From contig NC_068995.1 in NCBI RefSeq assembly GCF_001194135.2, positions 17,040,884-17,086,418 on the forward strand: a stretch of DNA of 45,535 nucleotides, in the 5' to 3' direction. Under the pieces are notes generated by a model. The model ran no database searches. It was not told the origin of the DNA and saw only the letters and a program-made list of their open reading frames with translations. The position numbers and the translations under genes are program-made. Below are positions 25,207 to 37,900 of this stretch, in pieces. The stretch's first letter is position 1, and each line of letters starts with the position of its first letter. The stretch is from Octopus bimaculoides (Eukaryota).

Positions 25207-25441
25207 GTGGTGATGATGATGATCAAGGAGAAGCAGGAGGAGGAGGAAGAAGAAAAAAGTAGAAGAGAAGAAGAGGAAGAAGGAGAAGAAGAGGGAGAAG
25301 AAGAAGAAGAGGAAGGAGAAGAAGAAGAGGAAGGAGAAGAAGAGGAAGAAGAAGAAGAGGAAGAAGAAGTAGAAGAAGTTGATGATGATGATTATGATGA
25401 TGATGATGATGAGGAGGAGGAGGAGGAGGATGACGACGACA

Positions 25442-25488
<47 letters not shown>

Positions 25489-26342
25489 AATGATGATGAT
25501 GACGACGACGATGACAATGATGATGATGATGATGATAATGATGACGACGATGATTATGATGTTGGCTTTCTTGGCTGGTTGATGTGGTACTGATGACAAC
25601 TAAGATAATGATAACATTGGTGCTTCTGAAGAGATTTGAATACGAAGAAGGCGCCCTCTTGTTTTGTTTTTTTTGTTGTCTTATTTTTTGTGTTATGTAT
25701 TTGTGTATGTTCTTTATATTGCTTTGATATGTAAGTTTTATCCTTCCTTCCTTCCTTCCTTCCTTCCTTCTTCCATTGTAGTCTTTGTTTCTCCTTAACG
25801 TTGTTATTGCCTTTGCTGTCGACGTTCTTTCGGTTATTGGTGATGTTTCTGTCGTCGATATCATGTCGGCGATGATAATAGTACCGGTGATGTTGATTTG
25901 ATTAGAAAAAAAAATGGAAAGGATGGGAAACATATATTTAAAAAATGTATATAATAAAGAGAAAATAACGTAAAATAATGAAAAGAGAAAACACCAACAA
26001 TAGCAACAACAACAGCAACAACAACAAGAAAAACAGCTATAACGAATACAGCTGTATATATATAATATAATTTAGTCATTCTTTTTTGGAATAGCCAGGC
26101 ATTAGACAGGGAACTAGTTGGCAAAGAAACACAGCGAGGAAGGCAGTAAATCCAAGAGCGGTTCTTGAGTGATATGACAGTTGCATCAGACGAGTAACTT
26201 ATCAATCATGAGCTGTGAAAATAAAAAAATAAAAAATAGTAAGATAAAGAATCTGGGGATAAAAGATAAAAAAATTATAGAAAAAATTAACGTATAAAAT
26301 AGCTTGAAATATATATATATATATATATACACACAAATATAA

Positions 26343-26421
<79 letters not shown>

Positions 26422-27103
26422 CACGTATATACAACATACATACATACATATATGTATACATAGATATACATACATGTATATATATATATATATGCATATA
26501 TATATATATATACTGCATATATGTATATGTGTACATATACATAATATATGCATGTATATATATGTATAAATATATATATATGTATGTTTGTATATATATA
26601 TATGTATACATACAAGCAAATATATATGTACATATATATATATATGTGTGTATGTATATATGTATGATATATGTTTATATATATATGTATATATGTATGC
26701 ATATATATATATATATGTATGTGTATGTATATACGTATATATGTATGCATATATATATATATGTGTGTGAGTGTGTGTGTATGTATGTAGGTATGTGTTT
26801 ATGAATGTGGAAAATTTACTAAAGGCCTTGACAAGTGAAATTATGAGAGAAATTACAAGAAGTAAAAGTAAAACAGAAACACACACCAATAGTACCACAA
26901 ACACCACTAACACCATTAAGACCACCGCCAACACATACGTCATCATCATCATCATCATCATCACCGTCATCCTCACCGCCAAATCCACCACCACGAACAA
27001 CGCCATTAACGCTGCCAGCATCATTAGTACGACTGTCACCACTAAGACGACTACCACCACCATCACCATCACCACCTCCAGCAGCAGCAACAGCAGCAGT
27101 TGT

Positions 27104-27146
<43 letters not shown>

Positions 27147-28196
27147 ACATCAACAAACAACACCATCTTAGCAATAACATAATCAGCTTCACCACCATAG
27201 TCTTCGTCTTGATGAACTTATATTCATCATCAACATCACTTCCAGCATCATCATCTTCCCCTCCTCCTCCTCCTCCTCTCCTTCTTCCTCCTTATTATCA
27301 TCATCTTCATCGTTGTCATCATAATGTCATCAACATTGTCATCGCCGTTGTTGTCGTCATTATCATCATTATCATCGTCGTTGTCGTCATCATCATCACC
27401 ACTACCACCATCATCATCATCATCATTGTCGTCATAGTCGTCGTCATCATCATCATCATCATCGTCATCGTCATTATTATCTCAGAGGCAGCATCTCAGC
27501 ATTCATCGTCATCATCAGTGTCCTAATCAAACTTCATCATGAGCACCAGGCACATCATCGTCATCGTCATCATCATCATCATTCATCATCATCATCATCA
27601 TCGCCGTCGTCGTCGTCATCATGATCACCACCAACACCACCACTACCAGCACCACCACCATCATCATCATTATATTCATCGTGGTCATCATCATCATCAT
27701 CATCCTCATCTTCACCTTCATGGGCATCATCATCATCATCATCAACAACATGAAAAACATCACGACCTACGTTAATGACAAGGCCTTGAACGAAACTGAG
27801 AACTGGAGCAGCCATACCAGAGTTATCAGCATCAGCAACGACAACAGCAACAGTAACACGAACAACAAGAACAACAACAATACGAACTACAAAAACAACG
27901 AACTCTTTTGCACTAATGGAAGTGGCCTGGGAGTTATAAAAACAGGAATGGAGCTGGGAGCTGGAGGACTTCCAAGAAACCTTCAATTAAAGTGCTAACA
28001 AATAAATTCTTCAACACCAAGGTGATCATAGATCTAGAAGAAGGAAAACAATAATAATAATAGTAATAATAATAATAATGATGATGATGATGAAGGAAAA
28101 GTAAAAGAAGAAGAAGAAGAAGAAGAAGAAGAAGAAGAAGAAGAAGAAGAAGAAGAAGAAGAAGAAGAAGAAGAAGAAAATGAAGAAGAAGAAAAT

Positions 28197-28228
<32 letters not shown>

Positions 28229-28321
28229 AGAAGAAGAAGGAGAAGGAGAAGAAGAAGAATTACTAATATTTATTTATTCGCTTTGCATTTTATTTTATGA
28301 ACAACAACAACAACAATAACA

Positions 28322-28377
<56 letters not shown>

Positions 28378-28960
28378 CAGAAGACTAAGAAAGAAGTAGA
28401 AAAGAAAAATAATTAGAAGAATTAGAAGAATTAGAAGATGGAGGAGGAGGAGGAGGAGGAAGTCAGAGCAAAAAGAAAGGAAGGAGGTGCTGCTGGTGGT
28501 GCTGCTGCTGCTGATGATTATGACGATGATGATGATGACGATGATGATGATGATGATGATGAAATATAATAACAAAGTGAATAAAAGAACAAGGAGAAAA
28601 GTATGAAGTGCAAAGAGAGCAAAGAAATAAAAGAAACAATAAAAATAAAGTACATATCGATATACAAGAAACAAAAGAAGCAACACAAAAAAACAAAACG
28701 CAAACGAAATGAAAAATAATTTAAGATACAACAACTACAACAGTATCAATTATAACAGGTCTTGAAACAACAACAACAACAACAATTACAACTACAACGA
28801 AAGCAACAACATCAACGAAATGGGTTAAGTATACAAAGGAAAACAAGGGAAGCGAGGAAAATAATAAAACAGACCAACAGCGCCACCACAACAATAAACA
28901 ACAACAAAAAAAACATTACAAACAAATGTATTTTTCATAAAATAACTTACCAATAAAATA
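25150..28960. repeat. Large compound microsatellite/low-complexity field (GAT, GAA, GAG, TA/TG, CAT, CAG, AAT, CAA blocks)
   Basis: Directly visible; produces the homopolymeric ORFs in the track. Confidence 0.95.
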
Positions 28961-29169
28961 AGAGTTTGCAAGGAGAAAAAAAAAGCAGAAATAAAAACAA
29001 AGAAAATATATATGAATTCACACACACACAGACACACGCACATATGTATGTATACATATACACAAAATGACTCACATCCATACGTGTGTGTAACCTTCAG
29101 TGTGTGCGTATAACAGACAACGATTTTGGCACTTATTAAATATATTAATATTAATATTAATATTAATAA

Positions 29170-29464
29170 TAGTGATGGCTTCAAAATTTGGCACAATGCC
29201 AGTAAAATCGGGGGATGGGTTTATGGTGAATAGATCGAGCCAAGCATACAACTGGTATTTAATTTTATCGACCCTGAACAGGTAAAATGCAAATTCAATC
29301 TCGGTGGATTTTGAACTTAGATGTAAAAGTCGGACGAAAATGCTACTAAGCGTTTCAGCCAACGTGCTAACGGTTCTGATAGCTCACCGCCCTAATAATA
29401 CTTATTTTATCGACTCCGAAACGATGAAAGGGAAGGTCAACCTTGGGGGAATTTGAACTCAAAT

Positions 29465-29527
<63 letters not shown>

Positions 29528-29628
29528 CTCTTCTACTGTAGACACGAGGTTTGGATTTTTGTGGGGATTGAGACAATCAATCATATCGATCCCAGTACTT
29601 GGCTGGTACTTGACTTAGCGACCCCGAA
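29170..29628 (-). mobile_element. Train of three family-B SINE pieces (29170-29391 full, 29397-29462 core, 29524-29628 3' part) separated by (AAT)n
   Basis: Repeated ttttatcgac.cc.gaa core and gtgctaacg..tctg..agctcaccgcc head. Confidence 0.8.
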
Positions 29629-30078
29629 NNNNNNNNNNNNNNNNNNNNNNNNNNNNNNNNNNNNNNNNNNNNNNNNNNNNNNNNNNNNNNNNNNNNNNNN
29701 NNNNNNNNNNNNNNNNNNNNNNNNNNNNNNNNNNNNNNNNNNNNNNNNNNNNNNNNNNNNNNNNNNNNNNNNNNNNNNNNNNNNNNNNNNNNNNNNNNNN
29801 NNNNNNNNNNNNNNNNNNNNNNNNNNNNNNNNNNNNNNNNNNNNNNNNNNNNNNNNNNNNNNNNNNNNNNNNNNNNNNNNNNNNNNNNNNNNNNNNNNNN
29901 NNNNNNNNNNNNNNNNNNNNNNNNNNNNNNNNNNNNNNNNNNNNNNNNNNNNNNNNNNNNNNNNNNNNNNNNNNNNNNNNNNNNNNNNNNNNNNNNNNNN
30001 NNNNNNNNNNNNNNNNNNNNNNNNNNNNNNNNNNNNNNNNNNNNNNNNNNNNNNNNNNNNNNNNNNNNNNNNNNNNNN

Positions 30079-30166
<88 letters not shown>

Positions 30167-30300
30167 CATACACACACAAACACACATACGCACTCAGACA
30201 CATACGTTTATATTTATTTATATTTTTACTTTAACAGTGGAACATTTTAGATTGTTTCAATTAGTTTCCAACTGATAGAAGTTGACAAACCGACTGTTAC

Positions 30301-30400
30301 CATTAATGATCGACTCGTCCTCCATTCTCTTGCGGTCGAATGTCGCATGCTCACTGACAGCAAGCTCAACTAGAACAGCAAGATCTGTTGACCTGTTCAT
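30301..30400 (-). CDS. Candidate first coding exon (MNRSTDLAVLVELAVSEHATFDRKRMEDESIIN), unknown product
   Basis: Balanced-GC unique patch; upstream acceptor ttgttttctcatcag, ATG 15 nt later, donor G|gtaaca. No recognised homology. Confidence 0.2.
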
Positions 30401-31041
30401 CTCTTACTATTTTTGCTGATGAGAAAACAATTTGATGAAATTTTCTTTAATCGGTTTGAATACGAAGAAACAGGAAAAAAGAAAGACAAGAAAGGAAAAA
30501 AAAGACAAGAAAGGTGAAGGTGGGGTTAAGTAGTAAAAGATGCAAGGGGAGTGGAGTGATGGGCCACATAACTCAGGACAAAAACGAAAACATACAAAAC
30601 AAAATTGTTTTTCGAACAACGTAAAAAACAGAGAAATGAGACATGCAACATAGAGAGTATACCTCTTCGTCAATTGTCCCTATTTCATCTACTCCGCGTT
30701 TCGAAGGTAAGGACAATGCACGACTTCGTTGAAACAGTCCTTCCCGCAAAGCAAATTAAATAAGAATTGGAGATTTTTTGCAGAGGGTGAAAGTGTTAAC
30801 AAGAACAGGACGGTGAGAACAAGACAGTAAAAACAAAGGGTAAGGGCTGTTAAGCCAAGAACGATAGAAACATTATTATGAACGCAAAGAGGAGACAGAG
30901 AAGGCACGTCTTTTCTTTAGGAAGGAAATGGACAGAAAGATAGATCCCCTTTCGTCACGTGTCAGCAACGAGAGAGTGAATGAGGAAGAGTGAGAGAGAG
31001 AGAGAGAGCGAACGGTATATATATATATATATATATAGAAA

Positions 31042-31870
31042 GGCGCAGGCGTAGGTGAGTGGTAAGAAGTTTGCTTCCAAACCACGTGGTTTCGAGTTCA
31101 GTCCTACAGCGTGGCAACTTGGCATCTTGGGCTGATATCTTCTGGTATAACCTTGGCCCGACCAAAGCCTTNNNNNNNNNNNNNNNNNNNNNNNNNNNNN
31201 NNNNNNNNNNNNNNNNNNNNNNNNNNNNNNNNNNNNNNNNNNNNNNNNNNNNNNNNNNNNNNNNNNNNNNNNNNNNNNNNNNNNNNNNNNNNNNNNNNNN
31301 NNNNNNNNNNNNNNNNNNNNNNNNNNNNNNNNNNNNNNNNNNNNNNNNNNNNNNNNNNNNNNNNNNNNNNNNNNNNNNNNNNNNNNNNNNNNNNNNNNNN
31401 NNNNNNNNNNNNNNNNNNNNNNNNNNNNNNNNNNNNNNNNNNNNNNNNNNNNNNNNNNNNNNNNNNNNNNNNNNNNNNNNNNNNNNNNNNNNNNNNNNNN
31501 NNNNNNNNNNNNNNNNNNNNNNNNNNNNNNNNNNNNNNNNNNNNNNNNNNNNNNNNNNNNNNNNNNNNNNNNNNNNNNNNNNNNNNNNNNNNNNNNNNNN
31601 NNNNNNNNNNNNNNNNNNNNNNNNNATATATATATATATATATATATTTATATGTGTGTCTTTGTGTTTTTTACCCCCGTCAATGCTTGGCAACCGATGG
31701 TGGTCTGATTGCATCCCCGTAACGCGACCGGTTCGGCAAAAGAACCAGATAAAATAAGTACTAGGCCTGCAAATAATAAGTTCTGGGATCGATTTCTCTG
31801 ACTAAAACCCTTCAAGGATGTGCTCCAGCATTGCCGCAGTGAGATAAGTGAAAGAATTAAGTGAATAAAG
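31042..31870 (+). mobile_element. SINE family A spanning an assembly gap
   Basis: Head 31042-31171 before the Ns; 3' half (ggttcggcaaaag, gtgctccagcattgccgcag) after them. Confidence 0.8.
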
Positions 31871-32290
31871 GAACATATATGTGTGTGTGAGCGTGTGTGT
31901 GTGTGTGTACCTCTGTGTGTATGTGTAATAAGAAACGTAGTTATTTATATATTTTTAAATAATTTTTATATAGATGATATATGTGTGTGTTTTTGTATGT
32001 GGTGTGTTAATGTACATACAAATATTCCGTTTTCAAATTCCTTCCCCAAACCTTTTATCTTTAAACTGGTTTTGAAGCTTATATTACATCTACATAACTC
32101 CATGGACCATGATGCCTGCGTCGCACTAATGGCAGAATTTGAAATTATTGAAAATGTCACAGTAGAATGGTGAAAAATCTATCGAACCTTAGTTCCTTAT
32201 AAAAATAAAACCGCAATGCGCTTACTGGCATTATGATCCTCTGACTGTACAACTATATATATATACATGTGTAATCACATAGATATATGA

Positions 32291-32336
<46 letters not shown>

Positions 32337-33131
32337 NNNNNNNNNNNNNNNNNNNNNNNNNNNNNNNNNNNNNNNNNNNNNNNNNNNNNNNNNNNNNNNN
32401 NNNNNNNNNNNNNNNNNNNNNNNNNNNNNNNNNNNNNNNNNNNNNNNNNNNNNNNNNNNNNNNNNNNNNNNNNNNNNNNNNNNNNNNNNNNNNNNNNNNN
32501 NNNNNNNNNNNNNNNNNNNNNNNNNNNNNNNNNNNNNNNNNNNNNNNNNNNNNNNNNNNNNNNNNNNNNNNNNNNNNNNNNNNNNNNNNNNNNNNNNNNN
32601 NNNNNNNNNNNNNNNNNNNNNNNNNNNNNNNNNNNNNNNNNNNNNNNNNNNNNNNNNNNNNNNNNNNNNNNNNNNNNNNNNNNNNNNNNNNNNNNNNNNN
32701 NNNNNNNNNNNNNNNNNNNNNNNNNNNNNNNNNNNNNNNNNNNNNNNNNNNNNNNNNNNNNNNNNNNNNNNNNNNNNNNNNNNNNNNNNNNNNNNNNNNN
32801 NNNNNNNNNNNNNNNNNNNNNNNNNNNNNNNNNNNNNNNNNNNNNNNNNNNNNNNNNNNNNNNNNNNNNNNNNNNNNNNNNNNNNNNNNNNNNNNNNNNN
32901 NNNNNNNNNNNNNNNNNNNNNNNNNNNNNNNNNNNNNNNNNNNNNNNNNNNNNNNNNNNNNNNNNNNNNNNNNNNNNNNNNNNNNNNNNNNNNNNNNNNN
33001 NNNNNNNNNNNNNNNNNNNNNNNNNNNNNNNNNNNNNNNNNNNNNNNNNNNNNNNNNNNNNNNNNNNNNNNNNNNNNNNNNNNNNNNNNNNNNNNNNNNN
33101 NNNNNNNNNNNNNNNNNNNNNNNNNNNNNNN

Positions 33132-33460
33132 TATATATATACTTAAGACTTAGTTGTGATCTGAACATAACCGCTTCTGACAGAGAATCGGGAGCCCTTT
33201 TGGGCATTCTATTTTCCTTGCTGGAAATGTTCCTACCCATGGGCAAAGAGGGGTTAGATGATGGGGGTGGTGTTTTCAAAGAGCTGGCATGTGTAACCTA
33301 ATCACTTCTGCCGATCAAACTCCCAACCCATGCGCTACCTTCGCGACACTGATTCTGCCCAAATTTGACGTCGATGTTACTTAGTTTTGTTTGAAATAAA
33401 GAACTTGATTAGCTTAATAATTCCAACTTAATCACGGGCAAAGCCGGGCTATACTGCTAG
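33132..33460 (+). mobile_element. Probable non-autonomous Helitron; 3' terminus supported, 5' boundary uncertain because of the adjacent gap
   Basis: GC-rich hairpin cgggcaaagccggg (33435-33448), then tatactgCTAG|T at 33457-33461. Confidence 0.5.
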
Positions 33461-33562
33461 TCTCTTTTAAATGCGGTAAAATATAATCTGGGTGTAATTT
33501 TGTTGATATTTCTAGCATTCAAGTCATGAACAAGTTTCTTTTTCTAGCTTAGTTGTATTGTC

Positions 33563-33690
33563 TAGGCTGATAGATTGCCTTGCAGTATTGTTCCAGCTGT
33601 AACCTGAGTTCAAATATCGTCGAGATCAATTTTCCCTTTCATCCTTCCGTGACTGATATGTCTTGTGCCTACAGTAGAAAGGATTATTAT
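33563..33690 (+). mobile_element. SINE family B, internally deleted
   Basis: tgagttcaaat, cctttcatccttccg, cttgtgcctacagtagaaaggattattatt. Confidence 0.7.
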
Positions 33691-34090
33691 TGGTGACGGC
33701 TGTATAATTATTTACGTGTCAACTTTATGGTTATAGTTAGCACCGGTTTAATAGTTGATATCGGATAATGGCCTTATACTTATTATAAGTGTCGCTTTTA
33801 CAGTTATTATTATTGTCGGTTCCATAGTTGGTGCTGGTTTCATACTTAATACTGGAGTCAGCTCTATAATCCTTACTGGTGTCGATTTTATAGTTTCTTA
33901 TTGTGTCGGATCTATAACTATTATTGGTGTAGACTCTATAGTTATTGATGATGTCGACTTTATATTTACCATTTGTGACCGTTTCATAATGTTTATTGGT
34001 GTTGGTTTTATACCTAATGTTAGTGTCGGCTGTATAATCATTATAAGATTCGGCTTTATAGTTAATGTTGCCATAAGCTTTATAGTATGT
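33688..34090 (+). repeat. Decayed ~24-bp minisatellite (consensus approx. attattggtgtcgactttatagtt)
   Basis: Recurrent gtgtcgac/gtgtcggc...ttata at 21-24-bp spacing; 8-residue periodicity in the 33755-34126 translation. Confidence 0.75.
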
Positions 34091-34194
34091 CTTTTTTCTG
34101 AATATATGTTGTTGCTATCTCTGTAGTGATACATGTGGCTGAAGTCATGTTCTCTTAGTAATAATGTTGGGATGCTTATTGTAAGCTAGAGACC

Positions 34195-34530
34195 CACACT
34201 ACTGTGTCTGCTACAACTACAACTGCGTCGACTGCTACTACTGTAACTACTACTACTACTGCTACTGCCACTAGGTAGTAGAAGTAGCAGCAGTAGTAAT
34301 AGTATAATTTGTTCTAACAGAACATCCACTTTTAAGAGAGTTTAAATATTACCTCTCGGTATGAATACTACCTCTGTCGCTAATATATATCTAGTAGTAG
34401 TAGCAACAACAACATTACCAGCGGCAGCAGTAGCAGGAGGAGGAGGAGGAGTAGTATTACTAGTAGCAGCAGCAGCATTATCATCATCATCATCATCATT
34501 TGTAGTAGTAGTATTAGTAGCTGCATCAGC
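34195..34530. repeat. Compound ACT/AGT/AGC/GGA/CAT microsatellite
   Basis: Directly visible. Confidence 0.85.
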
Positions 34531-35128
34531 ATTTCATCGGGGCAATGCATTACCTCTCTTTGTTGTGAATCCATGTATTAGTAATGGAAGTGTGTAATGT
34601 AACTGAGTCTGTTATCTCAGTTTAGTGCGAGATTAAGACTGGTACATTAAAACTAAGACCAAGTTTGACTAAAACCATGAACATGGTTTTTTCAGAGAAT
34701 ACATTTTTTCTAAATGACTCATTTTTCTTCATATTCTCCTTTTTAGTACAAGTCTACGAAACACCCTCATTGTTTCATCATTGCATTTTGTTGCAGAGAA
34801 ATCTTTGCTAATATTGTGGTTATAGCTTTGTGCTTTGAGTCTTTCTGCTGAGCAGGACAAAGAACGTAGACGATGATTACAGCTTTACAATGCTTCGAAG
34901 AGAAAAGCAACTTTTGTAGGACAATAACTCCACTATTCTAAAATCGGGCAAGACACTTGATCCAAATGTTAATAAAATCACATATTTTGTTTTAATGATC
35001 CATGGTCAAAGTAATGAAGTTAAACCAAGTCCATGAACTACGTTTGTTACTGTATATATTTCAACTAGGTGTGTATGAGGATGTTTCTACTTTACTTTAG
35101 TCTCTATGTAACATATTGCGTAGGTACA

Positions 35129-35350
35129 AGGCGTCGAGCTGGCTGAATCGTTAGCACTCGGGGCAGAATCTATAGCGGCTTTTCATGCGTCTTTACATAT
35201 CAAGGTTCAATTCCGACGAGGATGTCAGTGTCTTGCATCCTTTCGGGATGAAATTAATAGTAATTGAACACTAAGGTCAATTTAATCAATTCCCCTTCTC
35301 ACGCAAAAAAAAAAAAAAAAAAAAAAACCCTGCTAGCCTTATGCGAACTT
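35129..35350 (+). mobile_element. SINE family B, diverged, with an internal A24 run
   Basis: ggcgtcgagctggctgaatcgttagcac head; catcctttcggg core. Confidence 0.75.
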
Positions 35351-35384
35351 TTAAAACCAATGTGTTGTGAACGCGTATCACCTT

Positions 35385-35612
35385 GAGGTTAGGATCGAGT
35401 GATTGGGGTTTCGATTCCAGAACTAGCCTTGGTATTTTTGAGCAAAACATTTCATTTCACGTTACTACAATTCACTCAGCTGTAAATGAGTAAGGCCCAG
35501 GGGACAGACTGGCATTGTGTGCAGGGGCGGTGTTGTGATCTCGTTCACTTAAATACCAAGGATATCGGGTAACCGGCCCTGTGACTACTAAGACCCGATA
35601 TAGCACTTACTT
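35385..35612 (+). mobile_element. SINE family E (Meta-domain-like core)
   Basis: tttcgattcc B-box; tgagcaaaacatttcatttcacgttactacaattcactcagctgtaaatgagtaag...acagactggc...cagggg. Confidence 0.65.
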
Positions 35613-35681
35613 TTTGAAATTAATCTAATATATTTAGATCAGAGGTTATTGAGGCATTGCAAATAAATTATAGTGTTTTCT

Positions 35682-35803
35682 GAATTTTTTATTCGAACGA
35701 ATCGACCCAAGTATTATTAGTAAGCCTGGCACTTAATTTATAGGACTCTTTGACGAACCGCTAATTTACGGTAGCATGAACAAACCACCACAGGTTATCA
35801 AGC
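35682..35803 (-). repeat. SINE A fragment that is a near-identical local copy of 37952-38074
   Basis: About 7 differences in ~122 bp; shares variants absent from the other family-A copies here. Confidence 0.8.
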
Positions 35804-35940
35804 GTGCAGAATGATTCTTATTTGGTTCCTGTATTTAAAAAAAAAAATTTTCTTTTTATTTTGTTCATAATAACGAAAATAGTGGTATTGTAGATTGCTT
35901 TGTTGTTTAAATCCAGCTTTCTAGGGTGCCGATATAAGAA

Positions 35941-36012
35941 TGGGCATATGATGTAGTGGTTAAGAGCGCGGGCTACTAACCCCAAGATTCCGAGTTCGAT
36001 TCCAGGCACAGA

Positions 36013-36056
<44 letters not shown>

Positions 36057-36212
36057 CAACAACATCGAAATATACCTTAGGAATGAGAACCCAGGTTCGA
36101 AATTTTCCCAAGACACCTGATGAAGGCTGGAGGGTATATCAGCCGAAACGTTTTGTTAACAACAAACAAGAGGGGTACAAATATCCGTCAAATGTAAATA
36201 ATCTAAATAATG
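35941..36212 (+). mobile_element. Single arm (half copy) of element 'C': tRNA-like head, (AAT)n, hammerhead motif
   Basis: Starts at tgggcatat (the palindrome axis). A-box-like tgatgtagtgg, B-box-like gagttcgattcc, then the same body as 10200-10364 and 40561-40870. Confidence 0.9.
36112..36157 (+). ncRNA. Hammerhead-like motif, half copy
   Basis: GACAC-CUGAUGA-A-GGCUG..CAGCC-GAAA-CG-UU-UUGUU: core intact, first stem I pair mutated. Confidence 0.55.
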
Positions 36213-36507
36213 GAAGAGTTCAATATCGTCTATCTGAAAATGGCGGGAAAATGAAACTAGGTTCTTATCTAGGTTTTGTAGGCTGTCTATGCATGAATAA
36301 ATTGAGTAGATTAGATAAGATGACGGAAGCTTGCGTCATCAGTTGTTGATATCATTGTGTGTTATGTAACTTGACAACCTAGTACATATTTTACAGTCAT
36401 ATGCATGTATTAAAGTTTATTATATTATAAATATCCCTATAAATGAACTTCGAGCTTCAAAAAGTTTTGAAAAAGCATTCTAATATTGTAACATTTTGTT
36501 CATTATA

Positions 36508-36895
36508 GAGTGGCTGTGTGGTAAGTAGCTTGCTTACCAGCCACATGGTTCCGGGTCCATTCCCACTGCGTAGCACCTTGGGCAAGTGTCTTCTGCTATA
36601 GCCTCGGGCTTGTGAGTGGATTTGGTAGACAGAAACTGAAGGAAGTCTGTCGTATATATGTATGTGTGTGTTTTTGTTTGTGTGTCTGTGTTTGTCCCCC
36701 ACCATCACTTGACAACCGATGCTGGTGTGTTTATGTCCCCGTAACTTAGCGGTTCGGCAAAAGAAACCGATAGAATAAGTACTAGGCTTACAAGGAATAA
36801 GTTCTGGGGTGGATTTGCTCGACTAAAGGCGGTGCTCCAGCATGGCCACAGTCAAATTACTGAAACAAGTAAAAGTGTAAAAGGGTAAAAGAGTA
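36508..36895 (+). mobile_element. tRNA-derived SINE family A (octopus-type), near full length, well preserved
   Basis: gagtggctgtgtggtaag head, ttccgggt.cattcccactgcg B-box region, ccttgggcaagtgtc, internal (TG)n, ggtgctccagcatggccacagtc and gtaaaag-repeat tail. Confidence 0.9.
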
Positions 36896-37222
36896 TTATA
36901 GTGGTACGTGAAGAATGGTGAAGTATCTGCGGTATCATGTCGACAAAGGGAATGACCATGTAACCAAATCAGAAATCATAATTTACTGATAGTAAATTTT
37001 GAAACCAAGTTGTCAGAGGCAAAATTTAACCGTCGACAATTGCCGTCAATTCTAATGCTATCATTTATCATTCAGAGGTTGATAGAGTAAAAACCTCTAA
37101 CATGCCAAATTATGTTCAATCAATTACAACCGTTCAATTACCAATCTTGGAAATTAATAATGTTTTTTTATTTTTATAAATTGATAAAGTTTTGTGAAAC
37201 TTTTAAGAAATATAAACTAATA

Positions 37223-37538
37223 GGCGCAGGCGTGGCTGTGTGGAAAGAAGCTTGCTTCCCAACCACATGNNNNNNNNNNTATATATATATATATACACAC
37301 ACAGATGGATATATAGGTAGATATGGGGGTGATGGTATGTGTATGTGCGTTTGTGTGTGTGTCCGCGTATCTGTGTGTCTCCGTGTCTGTGTTTGTCCCC
37401 CACGACTGCTTATCAACCGGTCCAGCAAAAGAGACTGACACACTAAGTACTAAGATAACTTTGTTTGACTAAAATTTCTTTAGGCTGTACTCCAGCAAGG
37501 CCGCAGTCTAATAACTGAAACTTGTAAAAAAATAAACG
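37223..37538 (+). mobile_element. SINE family A with internal gap/deletion
   Basis: ggcgcaggcgtggctgtgtgg head; ctccagcaaggccgcagtc tail. Confidence 0.8.
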
Positions 37539-37602
37539 ATAAATAGTTCATCTTGAATATCTTAATGTGGCTCAAAACGCCGTTATTATTAAACGGATGG
37601 TA

Positions 37603-37820
37603 AGCAGCGAACAAGCAGAAGTGTTGAGCACACGGGTCAAAAAGCTTAGCGCCATTTTGTCCGTCTTTATGCTCTGAGTTCAAATCTCGTCGAGGTAGTC
37701 TTTGCCTTTCATCCTTTCGGGCTCGTTAAATTAAACACCGGTGAAACACCGGGTTGGATGTAACTCTCTCGTCCGCTCCCACCAAATTTCAGGCGTTGTT
37801 CGTTTTTTAGAAAGTATTAC
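37603..37820 (+). mobile_element. SINE family B, diverged
   Basis: ctctgagttcaaatctcgtcgagg, tttgcctttcatcctttcggg, aaatttcaggc. Confidence 0.8.
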
Positions 37821-37900
37821 TAAGTGGTTGGCAATTCAAAGAAAATCAGAAGTGGACAAAAGTTTAGTTGCTATGATCAAGGAGAGACTATTCAGACATC

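Noticed and set aside
25015-27998. Poly-E/D, poly-H, poly-S and poly-I ORFs of 115-303 aa
   Set aside because: Open in several frames on both strands because the trinucleotide repeats lack stops; no unique domain.
35942-36015. Possible tRNA gene with anticodon ACT
   Set aside because: No closing acceptor stem, only a 3-bp anticodon stem, and identical context in several repeat arms; it is a tRNA-derived head.
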